From assembly GCA_943373145.1 (NCBI GenBank), contig CALSBI010000010.1:137379-201378 (forward strand): a stretch of 64,000 bases of DNA, read 5' to 3'. This document shows positions 1 to 9,671 of this stretch, piece after piece (position 1 is the stretch's first letter; the number at the start of each line of letters is the position of its first letter). The notes beneath the pieces were generated by a model, which was not told where the DNA came from, ran no database searches, and worked only from the letters and a program-made list of their open reading frames with translations. The stretch comes from Chitinophaga pinensis (lineage in GTDB: Bacteria; Bacteroidota; Bacteroidia; Chitinophagales; Chitinophagaceae). The translations under genes were made by a program, and so were the position numbers.

Positions 1-3000
1 TTGAACTAAAAGATGCCAACTATCAAAAAGTAAGTACGGTATCGGTTACCAGCAACGAATATGGCTCCTTCAGCGGCACATTCAAACTGCCCGAAGGTGG
101 CCTCGGTGGTCAGTTTACCATCATGGATATGGTTACGAGCAGCAGCGGCCATTTTAGCGTAGAAGAATACAAGCGGCCCAAGTTTATGGTAGAAGTGGAA
201 AAGCCCAAAGGCACTTACCGCCTCAACGATAGTATCAAAGTAACCGGTACGGCTAAAGCATACGCCGGCAACAATATAGATGGCGCCAAAGTGAAGTACC
301 GGGTGGTACGCCAAGTGCGCTACCCCGATTGGTGGGGCTATGGCTACAGTAAAAGGGGTGGCCGTTACCGCCCATATCCAGATGCTGGCGGCGGCAGCCA
401 AGAGATTACCAGCGGCGAAGCAATTACCGATGCCAAAGGCGAATTTAAGATAACATTCAAGGCCCTGCCCGATGAATCGGTGGACAAAAAAGGCCAACCG
501 GTGTTCCATTACGAAGTAAGTGCCGATGTTACCGATATCAACGGTGAAACACGCAGTGGCAGCACTTCGGTGGCCGTAGCATACCAAGCCCTGCAACTGG
601 CTATTGTATTACCCGCCAAACTGCCAGCCGATAGCCTGAAAAAACTATTGGTACGCAGCACCAACCTCAACAATATCGAGGAAAAGACAACGGCTATCGT
701 AAGCATACAGCAGCTCAAAAGCCCTGGGCGCATCTTTAGGGAACGCTATTGGGAGCAACCCGACCAGTTTACCATGAGCAAAGACGAATACTATGGCTAT
801 TTCCCTTACGATGTGTATAAAAACGAAGACGAGGTAGGCCATTACGAAGAAGGGGCCAAATTGTTGGAAAAAACGGACAGCACCAACAAACCGATGGCCC
901 TTGGCAATACCACGCTAGCCGCCGGTTGGTACAAAATTACCGCCACTGCTGTGGACAAATACGGCCAAGAAGCTAAAGCCATTCAATATGTTCAACTGAC
1001 CGACAATAGCGGCAACAACAGTACCGAAGCCATCACGGTAACTGCCGATAAATCCACCGCTGAGCCCGGCGAAAATGTTCGCTTTACGCTGAGCAGTGGC
1101 TTACCCAAAATTTGGGTGGTACAAGAGTTGCGCAAAATGTACAATAACCAAACCCTCAGTTACCAAACCATTGAAGCAGGTAAACCCTACAACAATACAC
1201 AAGCCATCACCGAAACCGATCGTGGCGGCATGTCGCTACAATATTTATTTGTACACCACAATCGGATATACAGTGGTACCGAGAGCGTGTCCATTCCTTG
1301 GAGCAATAAGGAACTGGACATTAGCTACACCACATTCAGGGACAAGCTACTGCCCGGCGCCCAAGAAAAATGGAGCGTAAAAATCAGCGGTAGTAAAGGT
1401 GAGAAAGTAGCCGCAGAAATGTTGGCCAGTATGTACGATGCCTCGCTGGATCAGTTCAAACCCTTTAGTTGGAGTGGCCTATCCGGTCTCTGGCCCTATT
1501 TGTACAGCGGCAATGAGGCCACTGGGCAAGGATTTTTAGCCGTTGATGCACAGCAATACAGCAACTACGATTATCGGAGCAAAGATTACCCCAAATCCTA
1601 CGATAGGTTGGGCACCCGAACCACTAACAACGACGAAGAGCCGCTTTGGTGGTTGAACCCCATGGAGCACGATACCCGCCACATGAAAATGGCCAAACCC
1701 GCCATGGCAGGAGCACCTGCGCCCGTGCAAGAAAAGGGAATTGCCCAACGAGATGAGGTAGTGGCACAAGGCTATGCCAAACAACGTGCAAAGAAAGATG
1801 GAGATTTAATGGTACCCGTTTACGATAGTTTGGGAAATATTTCAGAAGATACAGAAGCGAAAAAAGAGCCCCAATCCACCAACGACGCCCCCGTGCAGGT
1901 ACGCAAAAACTTTAACGAAACGGCCTTCTTCTTCCCCGATTTAAAAACGGATGCCGATGGCAATATAAGTTTTGAATTTACCATGCCCGAAGCATTAACA
2001 CAATGGAAGCTGCAAACCTTGGCGCATACCAAGGAACTGGCCAGCGGCATGTCGCAAAAAACCGTAGTTACCCAAAAGCAACTCATGGTGCAACCCAATG
2101 CCCCACGCTTTTTGCGAGAAGGCGACCGCATGGAGTTTACCGCGAAAGTGGTAAACCTTACCGATAAGGAAATAACCGGTCAGGCCATGCTGGAACTGCT
2201 GGATGCCGCCACCAATAAACCCGTTGACGGTTGGTTTAAAAATATCTTCCCTGTGCAATATTTTACCGCACCTGCCGGGCAAAGTGTAGCCGTTAACTTC
2301 CCCTTGGAAGTGCCCATCAATTTCAACTCGGCCCTCACCTACCGCATCATCGCCAAAGCACCCGGTGTAAGCGACGGCGAAGAAGCCGCCCTGCCCGTGC
2401 TCATCAACCGCATGTTGGTAACCGAAACCATGCCGCTGAACGTACGCAAAACCAATACGAAGAATTTCACATTCGATAAATTGCTCAATAGCAAAAGCCC
2501 CACGCTCACCCACCACGCCCTTACGCTGGAATACACCAGCAACCCGGCCTGGTATGCCGTGCAGGCCCTGCCCTACCTGATGGAATATCCCTACGAATGT
2601 GCCGAGCAAACATTCAACCGCTATTATGCCAACACACTGGCCAGCTATATCAGCAACAGTGCGCCCAAGATAAAAGCGGTTTTTGAACGCTGGAAAAATG
2701 TAGATACCGCAGCGCTGTTGAGCAACCTGCAAAAGAACGAAGAACTGAAATCGGCTCTGCTGCAAGAAACCCCTTGGGTAATGGCGGCACAAAACGAAAG
2801 TCAGCAAAAGAAAAACATTGCCCTATTGTTCGACATGGTAAAAATGGGCAACGAAATGAGCAAAGCCATGGCCAAACTGAAAGAAATGCAGAGCCCCAAC
2901 GGCGGTTTTGTATGGTTCAAAGGTGGGCCCGACGACCGTTACATCACGCAGTACATCGTTACCGGCATCGGCCACCTGCGCAAACTCAATGCCTTGGGCA

Positions 3001-4241
3001 AAGAAGATTGGGCAAAGCTAAAACCCATTGCCGATAAAGCCATCCCTTACTTAGATAGGAAGCTAAAAGAGGAATACGATTACCTCATCCGCAACAAAGT
3101 GAAGTTGAGCAGCAACAACCTCAGCTACACGGCCATTCAATATTTGTACATGCGCAGCTTCTTTGATGAGTACAAAATAAATAGCGATGCCACCACGGCA
3201 GCCGCTTACTACAAAGGGCAGGCGAAAAAATACTGGCTATCGCAAAGCAAATACATGCAGGCCATGATCGCTTTGGCACTGCACAGGGACAATGACAGCA
3301 AAACCCCTGCTGCCATCATCAAATCCTTAAAAGAAAATGCCATTGTAAAAGAAGAAATGGGCATGTACTGGAAAGAATTTGCCACCGGCGGATACTATTG
3401 GTACCAAAGCCCCATCGAAAGCCAGGCCATGATGGTAGAGGCTTTTAGCGATATTGATAAAAACATAGCTACGGTAGATGATCTTAAAACTTGGTTGCTA
3501 AAAAACAAGCAAACCACCAATTGGAGAACCACCAAAGCCACGGCAGAAGCCTGTTATGCGCTGCTGCTGGGCGGTAGCAATTGGTTGGCAGAAGAAAGGG
3601 AAGTAACCATCAGCTTGGGCAACACGGTAGTAAAAAGTACCGACAACCCAACCGAAGCCGGTACCGGTTACTTTAAAAAGACCTTTACCAGCAACGAAGT
3701 AAAACCCGCCATGGGCAATATTACCGTAACGATGCAACCCACGGCCACTAATAGCACCAGTTGGGGTGCGGTTTATTGGCAGTACTTTGAAGATTTGGAC
3801 AAGATTACAGCCGCAGCCACACCGCTGAAGCTCAACAAAAAAATCTTTAAAGAAACCATGGGCGACAGAGGCCCCTTGTTAAAAGCCATCAACGACGGGG
3901 ATGCCCTCAATGTAGGCGACAAAGTAAAAGTGCGCATTGAACTACGGGTAGATAGGGATATGGAATATGTACACATGAAAGATATGCGGGCCGCCAGCAT
4001 GGAACCTGTAAACGTACTGAGCAGCTACAAATGGCAAGGCGGTTTGGGTTATTACGAAAGCACCAAGGATGCCAGCACCAACTTCTTCTTTGGTTGGCTG
4101 CCCCGTGGCACTTACGTATTCGAATACCCCTTATTTGTAACCCATAAGGGTAACTACAGCAATGGCATTACCACCATCCAATGTATGTACGCCCCCGAGT
4201 TCAGCAGCCACAGCGAAGGCATCAGGGTAAATATCGAGTAG
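1..4241 (+). CDS. alpha-2-macroglobulin family protein, N-terminus outside window
   Basis: The frame of ORF 123..4241 stays open back to base 3 with no stop, so the gene starts off-window. It has a thioester-type CxEQ motif (EYPYECAEQTF, Cys-Ala-Glu-Gln codons 2598..2609). Size and beta-rich composition fit bacterial A2M. Confidence 0.85.
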   Translation, partial: ELKDANYQKVSTVSVTSNEYGSFSGTFKLPEGGLGGQFTIMDMVTSSSGHFSVEEYKRPKFMVEVEKPKGTYRLNDSIKVTGTAKAYAGNNIDGAKVKYRVVRQVRYPDWWGYGYSKRGGRYRPYPDAGGGSQEITSGEAITDAKGEFKITFKALPDESVDKKGQPVFHYEVSADVTDINGETRSGSTSVAVAYQALQLAIVLPAKLPADSLKKLLVRSTNLNNIEEKTTAIVSIQQLKSPGRIFRERYWEQPDQFTMSKDEYYGYFPYDVYKNEDEVGHYEEGAKLLEKTDSTNKPMALGNTTLAAGWYKITATAVDKYGQEAKAIQYVQLTDNSGNNSTEAITVTADKSTAEPGENVRFTLSSGLPKIWVVQELRKMYNNQTLSYQTIEAGKPYNNTQAITETDRGGMSLQYLFVHHNRIYSGTESVSIPWSNKELDISYTTFRDKLLPGAQEKWSVKISGSKGEKVAAEMLASMYDASLDQFKPFSWSGLSGLWPYLYSGNEATGQGFLAVDAQQYSNYDYRSKDYPKSYDRLGTRTTNNDEEPLWWLNPMEHDTRHMKMAKPAMAGAPAPVQEKGIAQRDEVVAQGYAKQRAKKDGDLMVPVYDSLGNISEDTEAKKEPQSTNDAPVQVRKNFNETAFFFPDLKTDADGNISFEFTMPEALTQWKLQTLAHTKELASGMSQKTVVTQKQLMVQPNAPRFLREGDRMEFTAKVVNLTDKEITGQAMLELLDAATNKPVDGWFKNIFPVQYFTAPAGQSVAVNFPLEVPINFNSALTYRIIAKAPGVSDGEEAALPVLINRMLVTETMPLNVRKTNTKNFTFDKLLNSKSPTLTHHALTLEYTSNPAWYAVQALPYLMEYPYECAEQTFNRYYANTLASYISNSAPKIKAVFERWKNVDTAALLSNLQKNEELKSALLQETPWVMAAQNESQQKKNIALLFDMVKMGNEMSKAMAKLKEMQSPNGGFVWFKGGPDDRYITQYIVTGIGHLRKLNALGKEDWAKLKPIADKAIPYLDRKLKEEYDYLIRNKVKLSSNNLSYTAIQYLYMRSFFDEYKINSDATTAAAYYKGQAKKYWLSQSKYMQAMIALALHRDNDSKTPAAIIKSLKENAIVKEEMGMYWKEFATGGYYWYQSPIESQAMMVEAFSDIDKNIATVDDLKTWLLKNKQTTNWRTTKATAEACYALLLGGSNWLAEEREVTISLGNTVVKSTDNPTEAGTGYFKKTFTSNEVKPAMGNITVTMQPTATNSTSWGAVYWQYFEDLDKITAAATPLKLNKKIFKETMGDRGPLLKAINDGDALNVGDKVKVRIELRVDRDMEYVHMKDMRAASMEPVNVLSSYKWQGGLGYYESTKDASTNFFFGWLPRGTYVFEYPLFVTHKGNYSNGITTIQCMYAPEFSSHSEGIRVNIE

Positions 4242-4263
4242 GCAAAAACTAAAAAAAATCACT

Positions 4264-4300
4264 AAAGAGTCGACCACTTTTAAAAAGTGGTCGACTCTTT
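4264..4300 (+). terminator. long perfect hairpin just after the A2M stop (probable terminator)
   Basis: aaagagtcgaccactttt pairs with aaaagtggtcgactcttt as a near-perfect ~18-bp inverted repeat. An A-run precedes it, but no clean T-run follows. Confidence 0.5.
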
Positions 4301-4364
4301 GCGTAGCGGCAGTTTTGCAAACTGCCAAACGACTTTAGCAACACCAGTTGAGTCTTCCGAAACA

Positions 4365-4730
4365 TTAGCCGGGGCTTTAGAAGCTCCAGTGCACCCGTTA
4401 GGAAGTTCAGCGGCACCGTTCGACAGTTCAGTTGAGGCTTTAGTAATTGATGCGGGGCCTTTCGAAGCTTTAGCGGGGCCTTACGCAATTGCTGCGGGTG
4501 CGGTCGAAGCTTCAGTGCAACCCTTAGAAAGTCCTGCGGCACCGTTCGACAGTTCAGTAGAGGCATTAGTAATTGATGCGGGGCCTTTCGAAGCTTTAGC
4601 GGGGGTTTCAGTAATTGCTGCGGGTGCGTTAGAAATTGGGAATGCGTTAGAAGTTGAGAATCCGTTAGAAAATGAAAATCCGTTAGAATTTGGGAAACCG
4701 TTAGAAATTGAGAATGCGTTAGAAATACAA
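4365..4730. repeat. degenerate 18-21 bp tandem repeat field with an embedded ~116-bp duplication
   Basis: About 19 consecutive units resemble gcgg..c.tt.gaa. Segments 4410..4478 and 4526..4594 are nearly identical. The last six units (4627..4730) are 18-mers of type (g/c)cgttagaa.t.g..aa. Confidence 0.85.
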
Positions 4731-4879
4731 CTTATTCACATACATACCATAACATCTTGTGTTATGGAGTAAAAAGTACGTAACTACCTGTTCAAAAGAA
4801 AAGAAGTTACAAGCCAAAAAGAAGCCACTCTCCCACCAGTTCCCAGGTGAACTATCTCGTCATTAATGACGAGACCGAT

Positions 4880-4902
4880 CCCCAACTTGTTGGGGCTTTT
4901 TT
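4880..4902 (+). terminator. small stem-loop plus T-run (intrinsic terminator-like)
   Basis: The sequence is ccccaa-cttg-ttgggg-c-tttttt. Confidence 0.5.
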
Positions 4903-4912
4903 GGGTAGGGGT

Positions 4913-5130
4913 CCAATGTCATTAAGTTAAGCAGTTCTTATACCCCAGCGGGGTATCTCGTTGGTAGTTTTGGGTTGAAAAGTGGTCGTTACGTTCCCTA
5001 GGAACGTTTGGTGCCCGAGTTTTGCAGCCCCGCCGAATGGCGGGGTTCCGATGGAACACTTGCCCCCAACCGGTTGAGGGCAACCCACCAGTTGTTCCGC
5101 TGGAACAAACCCTTAACTTAACGACATTGG
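4913..5130. other. 218-bp hairpin-rich element bounded by 19-bp inverted repeats (MITE-like element or structured RNA)
   Basis: The arms ccaatgtcattaagttaag (4913..4931) and cttaacttaacgacattgg (5112..5130) match at 18 of 19 positions. The interior holds five short hairpins at 4941..4955, 4991..5007, 5028..5045, 5045..5057 and 5092..5108. Three of these are GTTCC-N3-GGAAC. Confidence 0.6.
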
Positions 5131-5354
5131 GTAAGGGATCCCAAAAAAGGGGTAAATGCTAGGGGTGAACCGGGAACGAGGCAGCATGTCAAGCCGAAGG
5201 CATGGTCGGCCGGCAAAGGCAGGCCAGCACAAGCGTTTGTTCAGCAAAATCCCGCATTATTGGTCTGAAACCCCAATGATGGTCTTAAAGCGTTTACCCA
5301 GCGCCCACCCTTATTTTAAAAGAAAACAATAACTTTGTGCTTTAAAAAACAAAT

Positions 5355-6170
5355 ATGAAACAATTGATATTCGTACTCATGGCAACCATCGCCGCATTGG
5401 GTGCAAAATCACAAAAAGATTTCGAAGGCAAAGTAGTCTATTTGATGGAAGCCGATAAAGACGAAAAAAAACCCGAATTAACGGTATTATTTGCACCCAA
5501 TAAACTTAAAATCAGTTTTAAAGAAAACACAGAACCCGATGCCGAATACGTATTGGTACGATTGGATTCCGGCAAGATCTTCACCATCAATACCACCAAC
5601 CAACAATTCAAAACAAAAATCTTGAAAACCAGACTGGGCAATGCCTTTGTACCAGAAAAAAAAGACATAATGGGCTATCCAACCACAGCGGTACTATTGG
5701 AAAGCACTTCCCCCGGCAACGGCCTCGGCGGCATTTTGTCCATGAACGACATTATATATAATTTGGCCGACAACCTTTCTTACACCATCCCCGAACAGTA
5801 CAAGGGCAATCCTGAGTTAATGATGGTATACCAAAACCGTATTGCACTGGGGGCTTCCATGCAAATAAGCACCCTATTCGACGGTATGGCCGATGAAGGG
5901 AACGAAAAACCAGCCACCAGAATAACGGCCAAAGCCATTTCGGTAACGCCTATGGCATTCGATGCAGCCGAATTTGAAATACCGGCGGGCTTTATACCTA
6001 AACCCAAATTCGACCCGCAAGCCGCTGACTCTATGGTTTACGATACAGCCATGTCGGTGATGGCAGATACGATAGCAGTTGCCCTCCCCAAAAAACCAAC
6101 CAAAAAGCCCACAAAAAAACCGGCCAAGAAAAAAACGGCCCCCAAATCCGCCGCATACCGCAAACAATAA
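5355..6170 (+). CDS. secreted hypothetical protein, tandem paralog 1 of 3, Lys/Pro-rich C-terminal tail
   Basis: It has a signal peptide (MKQLIFVLMATIAALGAKSQ) and the tail PKKPTKKPTKKPAKKKTAPKSAAYRKQ. It resembles the next two genes. Confidence 0.8.
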   Translation: MKQLIFVLMATIAALGAKSQKDFEGKVVYLMEADKDEKKPELTVLFAPNKLKISFKENTEPDAEYVLVRLDSGKIFTINTTNQQFKTKILKTRLGNAFVPEKKDIMGYPTTAVLLESTSPGNGLGGILSMNDIIYNLADNLSYTIPEQYKGNPELMMVYQNRIALGASMQISTLFDGMADEGNEKPATRITAKAISVTPMAFDAAEFEIPAGFIPKPKFDPQAADSMVYDTAMSVMADTIAVALPKKPTKKPTKKPAKKKTAPKSAAYRKQ

Positions 6171-6173
6171 AAC

Positions 6174-7031
6174 ATGACAAAACAATTTTTTATAACCCTA
6201 GCAGTAGCGCTGCTAGGGTTTATTGCAACCAAGGCACAAGCACCTTTTACGGGCAGGGTGGAATACGAGTTTATTTTTCAAGAAGAAGTACCCCAGGAGC
6301 AACCAAGAATGATATTAGAGTATAGGCCCCGGTACTTGAAATTGATAGCATTTGCGTTAAAAGATACCATCACGGGCCTATATGAACCTGAAACGGAAAT
6401 GGTGATAGACTACATAAGTGGTAAAACATACCAAGTGAGTCATGATGCAAAAAAAATTATCAGTCTCGAAAAGACCAAGACTACGCTGGTGTTACCACAA
6501 CTGACCCAACTGCCCGGCGAGCAAACCATCATTGCAGGTAATAAGGCCAATCTTTATCAAACCAAGATAGATAAATTCCAATCATACAGGATATGGTTTG
6601 CTGACAGCATTACAGTAACGCAAAACGACGTGCTGGCTCAAAACAGTGACTTTTTCATATTTGGCACAGGAAAACTACTGCTTCGGGTTGAACCTGATAC
6701 AATTGGCGGAAAGAAAAAGAAAGGAGAAGATGTTACTATCAATGCTGTTAAAATCACACCCCTTACATTCAGCGACAGCAGCTATCAACTTCCTGCCAAC
6801 TATGCTATTGAAGATGAAGCCGCCCTTAACCGTTTACAAGATTCCTTATTACGTCAATTCCAAAATGTAGATAGTGTGCTTGCCCAACAAAAGTTAAATC
6901 AAGACTCGGCCAAATGGGCAGCCGATGAAATAAATAGCTATGTAAACAAAAAGCCCACTTCACCCAAAAAACCTACAAAAAAACCGGCCAAGAAACCGGC
7001 TGCAAAATCCACAGCTTACAGAAAACAATAA
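6174..7031 (+). CDS. secreted hypothetical protein, tandem paralog 2 of 3
   Basis: The N-terminus (MTKQFFITLAVALLGFIATKAQAPFTG) is almost identical to that of paralog 3. The tail is KKPTSPKKPTKKPAKKPAAKSTAYRKQ. It starts 3 nt after the previous stop. Confidence 0.85.
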   Translation: MTKQFFITLAVALLGFIATKAQAPFTGRVEYEFIFQEEVPQEQPRMILEYRPRYLKLIAFALKDTITGLYEPETEMVIDYISGKTYQVSHDAKKIISLEKTKTTLVLPQLTQLPGEQTIIAGNKANLYQTKIDKFQSYRIWFADSITVTQNDVLAQNSDFFIFGTGKLLLRVEPDTIGGKKKKGEDVTINAVKITPLTFSDSSYQLPANYAIEDEAALNRLQDSLLRQFQNVDSVLAQQKLNQDSAKWAADEINSYVNKKPTSPKKPTKKPAKKPAAKSTAYRKQ

Positions 7032-7034
7032 AAC

Positions 7035-7871
7035 ATGACAAAAAGATTTTCCATAACCTTAGCAGTAGCGCTGCTAGGATTTATTGCAACCAAGGCGCAA
7101 GCACCTTTTACAGGTACGGTGGAGTACCACCTATTAGTAGGTGATAGAGAAGCGGCACCGCCCAATTTTATAGTACATTACAACAAGCAGTACATTTTGC
7201 TGGAAGCCAAAATGCCTGATAAACAAGGGCAAATGGTAGAAGAAAATCTTGTGATAGATTTTATTACAGGCAATACTTACGAAATATCGCATAAGAAAAA
7301 ATCGATCAGACAGAAATATTTTAACGTAAGCGAAGCAAATCAAATACAATTAACCGATACCCCTTTCAACTCGGGCAAAATAGCCAATATACCATCCAAG
7401 GCCTATAAAGCAAAAATAGCCGAAGAAACGAGTTGTACCATTTGGCTGGCCGATTCCCTGCCTTTAGCAGTACCGGCCAACTTGAAAAAAACAAACGACC
7501 TCTTTATGTGGGCTACCGACAGGTTAATGCTAAAAATTGAAGTACCTGGTACAGACTCCTTTTCCAACCCATTCAGCATCTCGGCAATCAGCATCAAACC
7601 AGACACGGCATCAAACAAGCCCTTTCAATTACCCAAAGGTTATTCCTTTACAGATGAAAAAATTTTGGCGAAAGCACAAGATTCTTTATTAAAAGCCTTT
7701 AAAACAATCGATAGCAACTTGATACGGCAGCGGTTTAATGAAGACTCGGCCAAATGGTTTGCCGATGAAGCAAATAGCTATGTAAACAAAAAGCCCCCAT
7801 CACCCAAAAAACCACAAAAAAAGGCCCCTGCCAAAGGCAATAAGCCCTTGGCACGCCGTCCCAAGCAATAA
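7035..7871 (+). CDS. secreted hypothetical protein, tandem paralog 3 of 3
   Basis: The N-terminus is MTKRFSITLAVALLGFIATKAQAPFTG. It shares the internal block EDSAKW.ADE.NSYVNKKP with paralog 2 and has a basic K/P tail. It starts 3 nt after the previous stop. Confidence 0.85.
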   Translation: MTKRFSITLAVALLGFIATKAQAPFTGTVEYHLLVGDREAAPPNFIVHYNKQYILLEAKMPDKQGQMVEENLVIDFITGNTYEISHKKKSIRQKYFNVSEANQIQLTDTPFNSGKIANIPSKAYKAKIAEETSCTIWLADSLPLAVPANLKKTNDLFMWATDRLMLKIEVPGTDSFSNPFSISAISIKPDTASNKPFQLPKGYSFTDEKILAKAQDSLLKAFKTIDSNLIRQRFNEDSAKWFADEANSYVNKKPPSPKKPQKKAPAKGNKPLARRPKQ

Positions 7872-7969
7872 ACCACTAAAAAAATGTCGGCCTTGAGGCA
7901 AAAGCACCGTTAAAACGAACATAATCTATATATTTGTTATTGATAAGCCCCTTGGGCAAACGGATATTT

Positions 7970-8557
7970 ATGAAGAAAATAGAACTGGAAATAGTGGCGC
8001 TATCGCACAGCATTACACAAACGCACTCCTATGCCGTGGTACTGGGTGAAATAAACGGTTTGCGCCGCCTGCCGATCGTTATTGGAGGTTTTGAAGCACA
8101 GGCCATTGCCGTAGCGCTGGAACGCATGCAACCTAGCCGCCCGCTTACACACGACCTGATGAAAAATTTCATGTTGGCATTTAATGTGGAGCTGCACGAA
8201 ATTGTGATCAACGACCTGCAAGAAGGTATTTTTTACAGCAAATTGGTATGCAGCAGCGAAAATGACACCGTAGAAATAGACAGCCGCACTTCCGATGCAC
8301 TGGCATTGGCCGTGCGTTTTGGCTGCCCCATTTATACCTACGATAATATATTGGACCAAGCAGGCATTTTGATGGAGGACGATGGCAAAAAGAAAAAAGC
8401 CGCCGCACCCAAAGCCGCCGATTTGGGCAGCCGCGACGATTTAAAAAGCCTGTCATTGGAAGAGCTGAACAATATGCTCAACGAAGTACTGGAGCAAGAA
8501 GATTATATCAAGGCCATTTCCATTAGGGACGAAATCAAGAGCAGGGAAAGTAAGTAA
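7970..8557 (+). CDS. bifunctional nuclease family protein (DUF151/BFN) with C-terminal UVR motif
   Basis: Core sequence: IVALSHSITQTHSYAVVLGE...RRLPIVIGGFEAQAIAVALE...RPLTHDL. The C-terminal EELNNMLNEVLEQEDYIKAISIRDEI is UvrB/C-like. I chose the ATG at 7970 over the TTG at 7934. Confidence 0.85.
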   Translation: MKKIELEIVALSHSITQTHSYAVVLGEINGLRRLPIVIGGFEAQAIAVALERMQPSRPLTHDLMKNFMLAFNVELHEIVINDLQEGIFYSKLVCSSENDTVEIDSRTSDALALAVRFGCPIYTYDNILDQAGILMEDDGKKKKAAAPKAADLGSRDDLKSLSLEELNNMLNEVLEQEDYIKAISIRDEIKSRESK

Positions 8558-8604
8558 CGCTTCCCGCCCCATCTTTTTCAACGCATTAAAGCATACCGCA
8601 ACCA

Positions 8605-9477
8605 ATGGTCGTATTTCCCCATTGCAAAATAAATTTGGGCCTGCGCATCTTGGGCAAAAGGGTCGATGGGTTTCACGACCTAGAAACGGTATTCTACCCC
8701 GGGTATGGCCTCACGGATATATTGGAAATCATACCCAATACTACCCTATCAATCAATGATTTTGTGTGTTCGGGCCTACCCATCCAAGGAGATGCGGCCA
8801 ATAACCTTTGCCTAAAAGCTTGGCATTTGCTCCACGCCGATTACCCCAACCTACCGCCCGTAAGTATGCATTTGCACAAAGTGATACCCATGGGTGCCGG
8901 ACTCGGTGGCGGTTCCTCGGATGGTATGTTTGCCCTGCAATTGCTCAATATCAAATTGCGGCTGCAACTGGACAGGCAGCAATTGCTGAGCTACGCAGCA
9001 AAGCTGGGCAGCGATTGCGCTTTCTTTGCGCATAAAAAACCCTGCATAGGCAGCGGCCGTGGCGAAATACTCCAACCCATCGAATTGGACCTCAGTCCCT
9101 ATCAATTGGTACTCGTACATCCCGGTATACATGTCAATACCGCTTGGGCTTTTTCCGCATTGGTCGGTGTCTCCACCGACCAACCAACCGCCATGGTTCG
9201 TGTCCCCACGAACCATCCGAACCATCAAAAACCCATCGCCCAAATCATCCAACAACCCATCGCCACATGGCGGGCCGAGTTGCACAACGATTTTGAGCAA
9301 CCCGTATTCGAAGCGCATCCCGAAATGGCCGATATCAAAGCACAACTCTACCAATCCCAAGCCCTTTATGCCGCCATGAGCGGTAGCGGCAGCACGGTCT
9401 TTGGCATTTTTTCCAAAGACCAAACGCCCAAGTTTGAATTTCCCGCCCATTATTTTGTAAAAACCTTGCCCTTGTAA
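8605..9477 (+). CDS. ispE: 4-(cytidine 5'-diphospho)-2-C-methyl-D-erythritol kinase
   Basis: It has the GHMP kinase motif PMGAGLGGGSSDG and an IspE-type N-terminus (KINLGLRILGKRVDGFHDLETVF). Confidence 0.9.
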   Translation: MVVFPHCKINLGLRILGKRVDGFHDLETVFYPGYGLTDILEIIPNTTLSINDFVCSGLPIQGDAANNLCLKAWHLLHADYPNLPPVSMHLHKVIPMGAGLGGGSSDGMFALQLLNIKLRLQLDRQQLLSYAAKLGSDCAFFAHKKPCIGSGRGEILQPIELDLSPYQLVLVHPGIHVNTAWAFSALVGVSTDQPTAMVRVPTNHPNHQKPIAQIIQQPIATWRAELHNDFEQPVFEAHPEMADIKAQLYQSQALYAAMSGSGSTVFGIFSKDQTPKFEFPAHYFVKTLPL

Positions 9478-9671
9478 TGGCAGGAAAACAAAAAAATTAA
9501 GAAAATTTTCACATTTAAAATTTGGCAAGTACCATTCGCTTGTATTATTTTTGCATCAGTTTTCATAGGGTACGGATTAAAAACGGGCAGAGGTTTCCAC
9601 CTCAGCCTTTTTTTTGGCCCTACTTGAAAATAGAAAACACCCTATCTTGCCGACTCATTCAATTCATTAGC

